Numbered from the stretch's first letter, positions 1-11,545 are shown. The stretch: 21,371 nucleotides of DNA from Gemmatimonadota bacterium (GCA_039591655.1 JBDHDE010000048.1:1-21371), one strand, 5' to 3'. Notes: generated by a model not told the origin, from the sequence alone. A program made the numbers and translations.

Positions 1-258
1 GACGACGCCGTTGCCGATCCCCAGGAGCATGATCCCCACCACGGCGGCGGTCCTCCAGTCCCGGGCGCGGCGCGGCAGTCGCCGTCCCAGGGCGAGGGCC
101 AGCACGAGCAGGATCAAGCCGGCGGTGAGAAAGCGAACGCCTCCGAAGAGGGCCGGAGGCAGGTGCCGCACGCCGATGCGAATGGCGAGGTAGGTCGAGC
201 CCCAGACCAAGCACACGACGAGATAGGCCGCAAGTACCCTGCCCCCGAGCGGCGTCAT
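1..258 (-). CDS. EamA/DMT-family transporter (YedA-like), N-terminal part; runs off the left edge
   Basis: Not in the ORF track. Manual translation from ATG at 258 gives MTPLGGRVLAAYLVVCLVWGSTYLAIRIGVRHLPPALFGGVRFLTAGLILL...VGIMLLGIGNGVV. The WGSTYLAIR / PP..RF..AG pattern is typical of EamA N-termini. Confidence 0.9.
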   Translation of the reverse strand, partial: MTPLGGRVLAAYLVVCLVWGSTYLAIRIGVRHLPPALFGGVRFLTAGLILLVLALALGRRLPRRARDWRTAAVVGIMLLGIGNGVV

Positions 259-274
259 GGCCGGCCGCGCCCGC

Positions 275-697
275 TCAGGGTACGGGGGTCGTCGTGTCCG
301 GTTCGGCTCCGATCATACGGTACATCGTGCCCGGCGCCGACGTCCGCGGGCCAATGATGATCCACAGCGGCGGCCCGTCCCGCTGGGCATGGAGCGTGAC
401 GTTTCCGTCGGCCGACCGGGTGTCGCCCACGATCTCCCAGCCCCGCTGCACCAGCGTCCGACGGTACCATGCGGCCACGGTATCGGGCGGGTAGCCGCTC
501 GTCCACGTGGTCTGCAAGGCGTCGCTGGTCCCCGAGTAGGACGTCAATACCGAGAGCGGGAACACCCATACGCCCCGCATCACGTTGGTGGCGGGCATCT
601 CCGGCGGGGGCTCCGAATCGCCGCAGGCGGCCAGGCCCAGCCCGAGCACCAGGGCTGCGGCAGCGAAACCGGTCGTCCAGCAACGCCACATATGCAT
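275..697 (-). CDS. Predicted lipoprotein of unknown function (start could be ATG at 691)
   Basis: 140-aa ORF with a hydrophobic stretch ending in lipobox LAA|C, then a globular-looking domain (WYRRTLVQRGWEIV). It ends 16 nt before the EamA start. Confidence 0.75.
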   Translation of the reverse strand: MHMWRCWTTGFAAAALVLGLGLAACGDSEPPPEMPATNVMRGVWVFPLSVLTSYSGTSDALQTTWTSGYPPDTVAAWYRRTLVQRGWEIVGDTRSADGNVTLHAQRDGPPLWIIIGPRTSAPGTMYRMIGAEPDTTTPVP

Positions 698-742
698 AGA
701 GCGAGAAGCCTAGCGCTCCGCAGGTGCAGTGGCAAGCGCTGC

Positions 743-772
743 ATGGTCCGGCCCTCCCGAACCCCGTATATT
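743..772 (+). promoter_or_regulatory. Possible sigma70-type promoter for the yebC run
   Basis: TATATT at 767-772 stands out as AT-rich in the GC-rich intergenic region. The -35 candidate (ATGGTC, 743-748) is poor. Confidence 0.35.
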
Positions 773-888
773 TCGCTCACCGCAGGCCGTGATTCGGGCC
801 GGATCGCGGCATGCGGATCGTCGTTCACCCTCGTTGGCAGACGTCCGCCCACCAGCATTCAGCGGTCCGGGCGTGGCCGGGAGACAGC

Positions 889-1638
889 ATGGCCGGTCAC
901 AGCAAGTGGGCGCAGATCAAGCGCAAGAAGGCAGCGACCGACGCGAAGCGCGGCGCCCTGTTCACCAAGCTCATCAAGGAGATCACCGTTGCGGCGCGGC
1001 ACGGCGGCGGCGATCCTGACGGCAACCCCCGCCTCCGCACGGCGATCGACACGGCCAAAGCCGCCAACATGCCCAACGACAACATCGAGCGCGCCGTAAA
1101 GAAGGGGACGGGCGAGCTCGAGGGCGTGCGCTACGAGGAGGCTACCTACGAGGGCTACGGCCCCGGCGGGGCCGCCATCATGATCCACGTCACGACCGAC
1201 AACCTGAACCGCACGGTGGCGTCGATCCGCCACATCTTCTCCAAGAACGGCGGCAGCCTCGGCGAGCCGAACTCGGTGGCGTGGATCTTCGACAGGCGCG
1301 GGCAGATCTATCTGGACGCCGGCCGGTACCCCGAGGACGCCGCGATGGAGGCGGCGCTGGAGGTGGACGGCGAGGACATGGTCACCGAGGGCGACCAGCA
1401 CGTCGTCACGGTCCGAGCCACGGAGCTGCACCGCGCGCGCGACGCCCTGCACCGCCACGGTGTCGAGGCGGCGGGCGCCGAGATCGCGCTGATCCCCCGT
1501 ACGACCGTGCGGGTCGAGGGCAAGGACGCCGAGCAGCTGCTCAAGCTGATGGACGCCCTGGAAGACCACGAGGACGTCTCCAAGGTGTTCAGCAACTTCG
1601 ACATCGACGCGGAGACCTTGGCGGCGGTCGCCGAGTGA
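889..1638 (+). CDS. yebC: YebC/PmpR family protein
   Basis: MAGHSKWAQIKRKK...FTKLIKEIT...NPRLR...YEGYGPGG...TDN.NRT signature. Start set at ATG 889 after GGGAG. Confidence 0.97.
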   Translation: MAGHSKWAQIKRKKAATDAKRGALFTKLIKEITVAARHGGGDPDGNPRLRTAIDTAKAANMPNDNIERAVKKGTGELEGVRYEEATYEGYGPGGAAIMIHVTTDNLNRTVASIRHIFSKNGGSLGEPNSVAWIFDRRGQIYLDAGRYPEDAAMEAALEVDGEDMVTEGDQHVVTVRATELHRARDALHRHGVEAAGAEIALIPRTTVRVEGKDAEQLLKLMDALEDHEDVSKVFSNFDIDAETLAAVAE

Positions 1639-2123
1639 CGGTGCGCGTGCTGGGCGTCGATCCCGGCACGGCGGCGACGGGGTTCGGAGTGGTGGAGCCC
1701 GTGGCCGGGCGGCCCGGCCGCCTCGTCGAGTGCGGCGTGATCCGCACCAATTCCCGAGACAAGCTGTGGCGCCGCCTGGACATCATCCACGAGGGCGTCA
1801 CCGAGCTGATCGGGCGGCACCGGCCGACCGTGCTGGCCCTGGAGAGCGTGTTCTACGCCAAGAACGTGCGGACGACGGTGACGCTGGGTCACGTGCGAGG
1901 CGTCATCCTGCTGGCTGCGGCCCAAGCCGGGCTCGAGGTAGCGGAGTTCACGCCCCGGGCCATCAAGAAGAGCGTGACGGGAGCCGGGGGTGCCGCCAAG
2001 CCGCAGGTAGGCCACATGGTTCAGCGACTGCTCAACCTCAAGGATCCGCCCCGGCCCAGCGACGCCGCCGACGGGGTGGCGGTGGGCCTGACATATCTCC
2101 TCACCCGGAGCCGAACCCGATGA
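1635..2123 (+). CDS. ruvC: Holliday junction resolvase RuvC
   Basis: VLGVDPG...ALESVF...IKKSVTG.G.A.KPQV...DAADG motifs. GTGA overlap with the yebC stop. Confidence 0.96.
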   Translation: MTVRVLGVDPGTAATGFGVVEPVAGRPGRLVECGVIRTNSRDKLWRRLDIIHEGVTELIGRHRPTVLALESVFYAKNVRTTVTLGHVRGVILLAAAQAGLEVAEFTPRAIKKSVTGAGGAAKPQVGHMVQRLLNLKDPPRPSDAADGVAVGLTYLLTRSRTR

Positions 2124-2713
2124 TCGCCGGGATCAGCGGCAGGCTGCTGTCGAAGACGGGGGATCGCGTGATCGTCGCCACCACCGGCGGCGTCACATAC
2201 GAGATCGGCGTGCCGCTGGGGGTGCTTGAGCAGCTCCCGGGCGCGGGGGCCGAGGTGGCCCTCAAGACGGTACCGGTGGTGCGGGAGGACGGGTGGGCGC
2301 TCTACGGGTTCATAGAGGAGCACGAGCGGGACGTCTTCCAGCGACTGCTGGGGGCGTCGGGCGTGGGCCCCCGGCTGGCCCTGGCACTGGTCTCGACGTT
2401 GGGCGGCGCGCGGGTGGTGCGGTCCATAAAGGAGAACGACCTTGCGGCCCTCTGTACCGTACCGGGGATCGGTAAGAAGACCGCCGAGCGCATCGTGCTG
2501 GAACTCAGGGACCGGCTGGGTGACATCGCCGTGCCCGGTGCGCCGGAGGCGGCCGCCGGGCCAACGGACCAGGCCGTCCAGGCACTCATCAACCTCGGTT
2601 ACAATTCCGCGGATGCCGAGCGCGCCGTGCGCGAGTCGATCTCACAGCAGGGCGCTGGCGAGCCGGTTGACCTCATCCGCGGTGCACTACAACTGTTAAC
2701 CAAGTCCAAATAG
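2120..2713 (+). CDS. ruvA: Holliday junction branch migration protein RuvA
   Basis: MIAGISG...GGVTYE...VREDGWALYGF...GVGPRLAL...VPGIGKKTAERIVLELRD...AVQALINLGY. ATGA overlap with ruvC. Confidence 0.96.
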   Translation: MIAGISGRLLSKTGDRVIVATTGGVTYEIGVPLGVLEQLPGAGAEVALKTVPVVREDGWALYGFIEEHERDVFQRLLGASGVGPRLALALVSTLGGARVVRSIKENDLAALCTVPGIGKKTAERIVLELRDRLGDIAVPGAPEAAAGPTDQAVQALINLGYNSADAERAVRESISQQGAGEPVDLIRGALQLLTKSK

Positions 2714-2726
2714 ACGAAATCGACCG

Positions 2727-2891
2727 ATGCTAACCGCCGAGTGGATCTGCACGTCTTGTGGCGCGACCAACCGCAAGCTGGTCGGGCCGGAGCAGACGGA
2801 AGCCGTCGACAAGTGCGTCACGTGCCGCACTAAGCACCGGGTGACGAAGGCCGAGCGCCCGGTACGCTGGGAGGCGACGACCAAGAAGTGA
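2727..2891 (+). CDS. Small Cys4 zinc-ribbon protein, 54 aa (apparently too short for the ORF track)
   Basis: Manual translation: [54 protein letters not shown]. Two CxxC pairs. It fills the ruvA-ruvB gap and its TGA overlaps the ruvB GTG (GTGA). Confidence 0.85.
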   Translation: MLTAEWICTSCGATNRKLVGPEQTEAVDKCVTCRTKHRVTKAERPVRWEATTKK

Positions 2892-3896
2892 ACCGCACCG
2901 AGATCACGACCCCCGAAGCGCTCCCCGAGGAGAGCTCGGCGGAGGCCTCGCTCAGGCCCTCGCGGCTGGACGAGTTCGTCGGGCAGGCGACGGTCAAGGA
3001 GAACCTCCAGATCGCCATCGACGCCGCGCGCCAGCGGGCCGAGCCGCTGGACCACACCCTGTTCTTCGGGCCGCCTGGACTCGGCAAGACGACGCTGGCG
3101 ATCCTCATCGCCCGGGAGATGGGCGTGAACATCCGCACCTCCAGCGGGCCCGTGCTGGAGAAGCCGGGGGACCTGGTGGGACTCCTCACCTCGCTGCGGA
3201 GCGGAGACGTCCTGTTCATCGACGAGATCCACCGCCTGCGCCCCACGCTGGAGGAGTTCCTCTACCCCGCGATGGAGGACTACCGGGTCGACGTGCGAAT
3301 CTCGGAGGGGCAGAGCGCGCAGACGATCCCCATGGAGGTCGAGCCCTTCACGCTGATCGGCGCCTCCACACGCTACGGCATGCTCACACCTCCTATGCGC
3401 GCGCGCTTCGGGCTGGTGGAGCGGCTGGGCTACTACCCCACTGACGATCTGCAACGGATCGTGCTGCGCTCGGCGGGGATCCTATCGGTTGAAACCGATA
3501 CGGCCGGCTCCCACGAGATCGCCAAGCGGAGCCGTGGCACTCCCCGCGTCGCGAACCGGCTACTGCGGCGGGTGCGGGACTACGCCCAGGTGCGGGCGGA
3601 CGGCAGCATATCGCGGGAGGTCGCTGAGGCGGCGCTCAGCCGGCTCAACGTGGACGAGTACGGGCTCGACGACATGGACGCCCGGATCCTCCAGATCATC
3701 ATCGAGAAGTTCGACGGCGGGCCGGTGGGACTGAACACCATCGCCGTGGCCGTCGGCGAGGACGCCGGCACCCTCGAAGAGGTGTACGAGCCGTTCCTCA
3801 TCCAGCAGGGCTTCCTGCACCGCACGCCCCGAGGCCGCACGGCGAGCCCGGCCGCCTACCGACACTTCGGCTTCACCCCGCCCGCCGGGGCGCCCG

Positions 3897-6419
<2,523 letters not shown>

Positions 6420-6423
<4 letters not shown>

Positions 6424-6965
6424 GCCTTCGGCCGATCCATCTGCTGGGCTCACCCGTGCTGCGCGAGCGTGCCGCGGAGATCGCGCAGGTGGACGACGAT
6501 GTCCGGGAGCTGGCACGGGACCTCTTCGAGACCATGCAGGCCGACAGCGGGATCGGGCTCGCCGCCAACCAGGTGGGCATCGCCCGGCGCGTTGCCGTGG
6601 TTCAGACCGAGGAGGACGACTCGCTGGTGCTCGTCGATCCCGTCATCGTCGAGCGGGAGGGGACGGTGAAGGGCGAGGAGGGCTGCCTCTCCATCCCCGA
6701 CATCTTCGGCGACGTGGAGCGATCGGCGCGCATCGTGGTGGAGACGACCACCCTGGACAACGAGCGCATCCGGGTCGAGGCCAGCGACCTGAAGTCGCGG
6801 GCCATCCAGCACGAGATCGACCATCTGGACGGCATCCTGTTTCTCGATCACTTGAGCCCGCTAAAGCGGCGGATGCTCACGAAGAAGTGGCAGAAGCTGC
6901 GGAAGGGGAAATCCGGCTACGTGAAGGACGTTTCCGCGGAGGCTGCGACGAGCTCGGAGCCCTGA
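6420..6965 (+). CDS. def: Peptide deformylase
   Basis: GIGLAANQVG, EGCLS and QHEIDHLDG motifs. Confidence 0.98.
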
Positions 6966-6967
6966 CC

Positions 6968-7903
6968 GTGCGTGTCGTCTTCTTCGGGACGCCCGATTTC
7001 GCGGTTCCCTCATTGCGGGCCCTGCTGGGTGAGGGGTTCGACGTTGCCGCCGTCGTCACCCAGCCGGACCGGCCCCACGGCCGCTCGCGCTCCCGTCTCG
7101 TTCCCCCACCCGTGAAGGTCGTCGCGCAGGAGGAAGGTCTCGGCGTGCTCCAACCGGAAATGCCGAGCCAGCAGGAGTTCATCGATGAGCTGCGGGGCCT
7201 GGGCCCGTTCGATCTCGGAGTAGTGGTGGCCTACGGGCACATCCTGAAGCCTGCCGTCCTCGAGATCCCCGCCAAGGGCATGGTGAACGTCCATGCCTCA
7301 CTGCTGCCGAAGCTCCGGGGCGCCGCCCCCATCGAGCACGCGATCTTGGAGGGTTTCGAGGACACCGGCGTCTCGATCATGCAGATGGAAGCAGGCATGG
7401 ACACGGGCCCGGTGCTCCACACCGTGCCCACGCCCATTGCGGCCGACGAGACCGGCGGGGAGCTGACCGTGCGGCTGGCCGAATTGGGGGCGCTGGCTCT
7501 GGTGGAGGCGCTGGCGCTCATCGACGTGGAGGCGGCACACCCCATCCACCAGGATGACGAGCACGCCAGCTACGCGCCGAAGATCACCCGGGAGATCACC
7601 CGGATCCGCTGGGAGGAGACGGCGGCCATGGTCGCCCGGCAGGTCCGCGCGTTCGATCCCCGGCCCGGAGCGTGGACCACGGTCAAGGGACGTGAGCTCA
7701 AGCTGTTCGGGCCCCAGCCGGCAGACGAGTGGGAGGCGAACGAGGTGCCGGGCCAGGTGGTCGAGACCGACCCCGCTTTCGTGGTCGCCACCGGGGAAGG
7801 CGCCCTGCAGTTCCTCGACGTCCAGCCCGCAGGCGCACACCGCATGGCGGCACGGGAGTGGCTGAGGGGCCGCGGCTGCACCAAGGGCGACCGCCTCGGG
7901 TGA
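6968..7903 (+). CDS. fmt: Methionyl-tRNA formyltransferase
   Basis: VFFGTPDFA, VVTQPDRP, VVAYG, NVHASLLP.LRGAAPI, GMDTGP, YAPKI. Start set at GTG 6968. Confidence 0.97.
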   Translation: MRVVFFGTPDFAVPSLRALLGEGFDVAAVVTQPDRPHGRSRSRLVPPPVKVVAQEEGLGVLQPEMPSQQEFIDELRGLGPFDLGVVVAYGHILKPAVLEIPAKGMVNVHASLLPKLRGAAPIEHAILEGFEDTGVSIMQMEAGMDTGPVLHTVPTPIAADETGGELTVRLAELGALALVEALALIDVEAAHPIHQDDEHASYAPKITREITRIRWEETAAMVARQVRAFDPRPGAWTTVKGRELKLFGPQPADEWEANEVPGQVVETDPAFVVATGEGALQFLDVQPAGAHRMAAREWLRGRGCTKGDRLG

Positions 7904-8505
7904 GCGTTACCGTCCCACGACTGCACGCCGTCACCAACTCCGACGTCATCGCCCTGCCGGACCTTGCCGCGCGCGCCGCAGCTATCGCGGCGGCCGGGGC
8001 GGTGGCACTGCACGCCAGGGCGGGAGCTGTGGACGCCGCACGGCTCATCGAGCTGGCCCGCCTGCTGCGGGATGCGGGCGCCGCGCTGCTGGTGAACGAC
8101 CGCGCCGACGTCGTACGGCTGGTGGGCGCCGTCGGCCTCCACCTCCCTGCGAACGGACTCCCCGTGGCGGCCGCCCGGCAACTGCTGGGCCCGGAAGTGC
8201 TCATCGGCCGCTCCACGCACGACCCGGAGGAGGCGCGCGCCGCTCACGAGGCCGGCGCCGATTACGTCTTCCTGGGACCGATTTGGGAGACGGCGTCACA
8301 CCCGGGTCGCCGGCCCCTGGGCCCCTCCGCCATCGCGGCCGCGAGCCCGGCGAAGGTCATCGCCATCGGAGGCGTGACACCGGAGCGCGCCGACGAGTGC
8401 CGCGCGGCGGGCGCTCACGGCGTGGCGGCGATCTCCGCCCTATGGCACGTGCGGGACCCCGGTTCGGCCGCCCGACGGATGCTAGTATCTTTCGAAGACA
8501 CATGA
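7900..8505 (+). CDS. Thiamine-phosphate synthase ThiE / thiazole tautomerase TenI family protein
   Basis: LLVNDRAD, GLHL, IGRSTH, ADYVFLGP, VIAIGG, GVAAIS. Lies directly upstream of thiS-thiG. ThiE versus TenI is not resolved. Confidence 0.9.
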   Translation: MSVTVPRLHAVTNSDVIALPDLAARAAAIAAAGAVALHARAGAVDAARLIELARLLRDAGAALLVNDRADVVRLVGAVGLHLPANGLPVAAARQLLGPEVLIGRSTHDPEEARAAHEAGADYVFLGPIWETASHPGRRPLGPSAIAAASPAKVIAIGGVTPERADECRAAGAHGVAAISALWHVRDPGSAARRMLVSFEDT

Positions 8506-8714
8506 CCGATCCCATCACCATCGTCGTGAACGGCGAGGAGCGGCGGCTCAGTGCAGAGCTCTCGCTGAGCGATCTCCTCGCGCGGCTCGAGCTCGATCCG
8601 CAAGCCGTGGTGGTGGAGCTGAACAAGGAGATCGTGCGCCGCCCCGCCCTGGCCGAGACCACGGTGCGCGACGGCGACCGGATCGAGCTGGTGCACTTCG
8701 TGGGGGGTGGATGA
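8502..8714 (+). CDS. thiS: Sulfur carrier protein ThiS
   Basis: 70 aa, IVVNGE...VVELNKEIV...DGDRIELVHFVGGG with the C-terminal GG. Confidence 0.97.
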   Translation: MTDPITIVVNGEERRLSAELSLSDLLARLELDPQAVVVELNKEIVRRPALAETTVRDGDRIELVHFVGGG

Positions 8715-9493
8715 GCGCCGCCGACCAACCGCTCGTGATCGGCGGCCGGGAGTTTCGCTCCCGGCTGATGGTCGGAACGGGGAAGTACAGGGACAACGAG
8801 ACGATGGTGCGGGCCATCGGGGCGTCACGCGCCGAGGTCGTGACGGTGGCGGTGCGTCGGGTGGACCTGGACCGCACCAAAGAAGAGGGAGTCCTGTTCC
8901 ACCTGGACCCCAAGGAGTACTTCCTCCTGGCCAACACGGCGGGGTGCTACACCGCCGAAGACGCCATCCGCTACGCCCGGCTCGCCCGGGAGGCGGGCTT
9001 CAACGAGTTCATCAAGCTGGAGGTCATCGGCGACGAGGAGACGTTGCTGCCAGACGTGGCGGGGCTGCTCGAGGCGGCCCGGACGCTGGTCGCGGAGGGC
9101 TTCAAGGTGATGGCGTACACCAATGAGGACCTGGTGACGGCGCTCAAGCTGGAGGACGCCGGCTGCGCCGCCATCATGCCACTCGCCTCGCCCATCGGGA
9201 GCGGACTGGGACTCATCAACCCCTACACCGTCCGAACCATCAAGCGCAGGGTTTCGCAGCCGGTCATCGTTGACGCCGGCGTGGGTACCGCCTCCGACGC
9301 TTGCATCACCATGGAGCAGGGGGTGGACGGGATCCTGATGAACACGGCGATTGCCGCGGCGGAGGACCCCGTGACCATGGCGCGGGCCATGGGGGCCGCC
9401 GTGGAGGCGGGGCGCCTCGCGTACCTGGCCGGGCGCATGCCCCGGCGGGAGATCGCCGTCCCCTCCAGCCCCACCAGCGGCATGCTGGACTGA
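8711..9493 (+). CDS. thiG: Thiazole synthase ThiG
   Basis: SRLMVGTGKY, NTAGC, IKLEV, MPLASPIGSG, DAGVG, LMNTA, AGR, SSP. Confidence 0.98.
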   Translation: MSAADQPLVIGGREFRSRLMVGTGKYRDNETMVRAIGASRAEVVTVAVRRVDLDRTKEEGVLFHLDPKEYFLLANTAGCYTAEDAIRYARLAREAGFNEFIKLEVIGDEETLLPDVAGLLEAARTLVAEGFKVMAYTNEDLVTALKLEDAGCAAIMPLASPIGSGLGLINPYTVRTIKRRVSQPVIVDAGVGTASDACITMEQGVDGILMNTAIAAAEDPVTMARAMGAAVEAGRLAYLAGRMPRREIAVPSSPTSGMLD

Positions 9494-9494
9494 G

Positions 9495-10748
9495 GTGGCC
9501 AAGGCCCCGGATGCCCGCGTCGCCGCACTCGGCATCCTGAGCCTGGTGCGGGGCGGCCAACCCTTCGAGCAGGCCCTCACCACCGCCGCCGACACACTCG
9601 ACGAATTAGACCGTCGCCTGGCGCACGAGATCGCCGCCGGCGTGCTGCGCGCGCGGAGCGAGCTCGACGCTCGGCTCTCCCCCCTGGTTTCCGGCGACTG
9701 GCAGCACATCCCGGAGGACCTGAAGGACTCCCTGCGGGTCGGGGCCTACCAGCTGTTGAAGCTGTCGCGGGTGCCGCCCTACGCTGCGGTGCAGGCGACC
9801 GTGGAGGCGGCCAAGGGCGCCGGGGGGCGCAAGGCCGCGGGGCTGGTGAACGCGGTGCTGAGACGGCTGGCCGATGAGACGGACGCCGCGGGCCCGGCGG
9901 GGGAGGACGACCTCGCGTCCCGCTACTCCCACCCGGCGTGGCTGGTGGATCGTTGGCTGGCGCGCTATGGGGCGGAGGCCACCGAGGCCCTGCTCAAGCA
10001 CAACAACCGGCGCCCCGACCTCGTGATCCAGCCGGCGGGGCGCACGGCGGAAGAGTTGCACGAAGCCCTCACCGCCGCGGGAGTCGCGTTTCGCGCGGCG
10101 CCCTTCGGGGCCGGCCTCATCATCGAGACGTCGCGGGTGCGCGATCTCCCGGGCTACGACGCGGGCGCATTCCTGGTGCAGGACCCCGCCCAGGCACGGC
10201 TCCTAGGGTTCGCGGCGATTCCCGACGACGCCTTGGTATGGGACGCCTGCGCCGCACCCGGGGGCAAAGCCGCCATCCTGGGTCGGCGCTGCCGGGTGGT
10301 TGCCTCGGAGCTCAAGCGCGACCGGCTGGGGCTGTTGCGGGACACCACCGCGCGGGTGCCCGGCAGCGTCCGCCTGCTGCTGGCCGACGCAGCCCGACCG
10401 CCCTTGCGCCCGGGCGGCGTCCAAGTGGTGCTGGTGGATGCCCCGTGCTCGGGCACGGGCACCATGGCCCGGCACCCCGACGCCCGGTGGCGGCTCTCCC
10501 CGCCGCAGATCTCACGCAGCGCGGCTCGACAGGCGGCGATCCTGGAGGGGGTCGCCCCGGTGGTGGGGCCTGGCGCGCTCTTGCTATATATGACATGCTC
10601 GCTGGAGCCCGAGGAGAACGAGGATCAGGTGAAGCGATTCCTGGAGCGGCACCCGGAGTTCGACCGTGAAGCAGACGATCTGTTCGTCTTCCCCCCGGAC
10701 GGGGGGACCGACGGCGGGTACGCCGCGCGGTTGAGGCGCACGGCATGA
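9495..10748 (+). CDS. rsmB: 16S rRNA m5C967 methyltransferase RsmB/Sun
   Basis: NusB-like N-terminus (LVNAVLRR), SHPAWLV, VQD, DACAAPGGK, DAPCSG.G...HPD, YMTCS...EEN, DGGYAA. Confidence 0.94.
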   Translation: MAKAPDARVAALGILSLVRGGQPFEQALTTAADTLDELDRRLAHEIAAGVLRARSELDARLSPLVSGDWQHIPEDLKDSLRVGAYQLLKLSRVPPYAAVQATVEAAKGAGGRKAAGLVNAVLRRLADETDAAGPAGEDDLASRYSHPAWLVDRWLARYGAEATEALLKHNNRRPDLVIQPAGRTAEELHEALTAAGVAFRAAPFGAGLIIETSRVRDLPGYDAGAFLVQDPAQARLLGFAAIPDDALVWDACAAPGGKAAILGRRCRVVASELKRDRLGLLRDTTARVPGSVRLLLADAARPPLRPGGVQVVLVDAPCSGTGTMARHPDARWRLSPPQISRSAARQAAILEGVAPVVGPGALLLYMTCSLEPEENEDQVKRFLERHPEFDREADDLFVFPPDGGTDGGYAARLRRTA

Positions 10749-11545
10749 GGTTCCGGCGCCACGTGCCCCGGGGCTTCTACTGGACCGCGAAGCTCGAGAA
10801 GCTCACGGCGGGCATCGCGCGCCTGCGTGGCCTGCCCACGGGACAGCGGCTGCTGGTGTTGCTCGCCGCCTTCTTCGTCACCTTCTTCGGGGGCTACCTA
10901 GTGGCGGCCCTGGTCGTGTTCCCGTCACCGATTTTCGCCAGCGCTTCGGCGGTGCCGCGCGTGCTGGGGATGACCCGGCAGGACGCCGAGCGGGCCCTCA
11001 CCGAGGTCGGCCTCGCCGCCGGCGAGCTGGATGAGACCACGCACCCCACGCTGCCGCGGGGCGCCGTGGTGTGGCAGGACCCGCCGCCGGGCGTGGCGGT
11101 CTCCCCCCGGGCGGCGGTGAACCTGACGGTGAGCATCGGGCCGCAACGGGTGCCGGTGCCCGACCTCACGGGCTACGATGCTACGCTGGCGGGGCAGTTG
11201 ATCCTGGCCGCCGGGCTGCGCATTCGTTCCATCGACTCCACCCAGGCGCCAGTCCCCCGCGGGGTGGTGGTCAACACCCGTCCGCCGGCGGGGTCCACCC
11301 TGCTGCCGGGCAGCGGCGTGACGCTGGTTGTGAGCGTGGGCGCGCCGACGATCACCGTGCCGGACCTGACCGGCCTGACGCCCGACGACGCCGCGGCCGT
11401 GCTGGAACTGGTGGGTCTCACACTGGGTACGTCGATGCGGCGCACGTCCAACGCCGGCGACCCCGGGAGCATCATCGAGCAGGCCCCCGGGCCGGGCACC
11501 CTGAGCGCCCCCGGTACGGCGGTCAACATCACGGTAGCTAGATGA
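10745..11545 (+). CDS. Membrane-anchored protein with three PASTA domains and no kinase or PBP domain
   Basis: One TM segment, then three repeats of VP(R/D)(V/L)xG...A...GL...G.(V/I)..(Q/T).P..G....V.(L/I).V. Confidence 0.9.
   Translation: MRFRRHVPRGFYWTAKLEKLTAGIARLRGLPTGQRLLVLLAAFFVTFFGGYLVAALVVFPSPIFASASAVPRVLGMTRQDAERALTEVGLAAGELDETTHPTLPRGAVVWQDPPPGVAVSPRAAVNLTVSIGPQRVPVPDLTGYDATLAGQLILAAGLRIRSIDSTQAPVPRGVVVNTRPPAGSTLLPGSGVTLVVSVGAPTITVPDLTGLTPDDAAAVLELVGLTLGTSMRRTSNAGDPGSIIEQAPGPGTLSAPGTAVNITVAR

Noticed and set aside
811..888. N-terminal extension of yebC in the ORF track (similar extensions for ruvC, ruvA, yajC, fmt, thiE, thiS, acpS and the 20293 ORF)
   Set aside because: Family-typical N-termini and stop/start overlaps identify downstream starts.
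2667..2693. Possible internal promoter in the ruvA 3' end (TTGACC-15 nt-TACAAC) for the microprotein and ruvB
   Set aside because: The spacer is short and the -10 lacks the final T. The AT-richer patch is suggestive but not enough.
11156..11375. Repeated GTGCC(C/G)GACCT(C/G)AC(G/C)GGC sequence
   Set aside because: It encodes the VPDLTG start of consecutive PASTA domains and is not a DNA repeat element or CRISPR.
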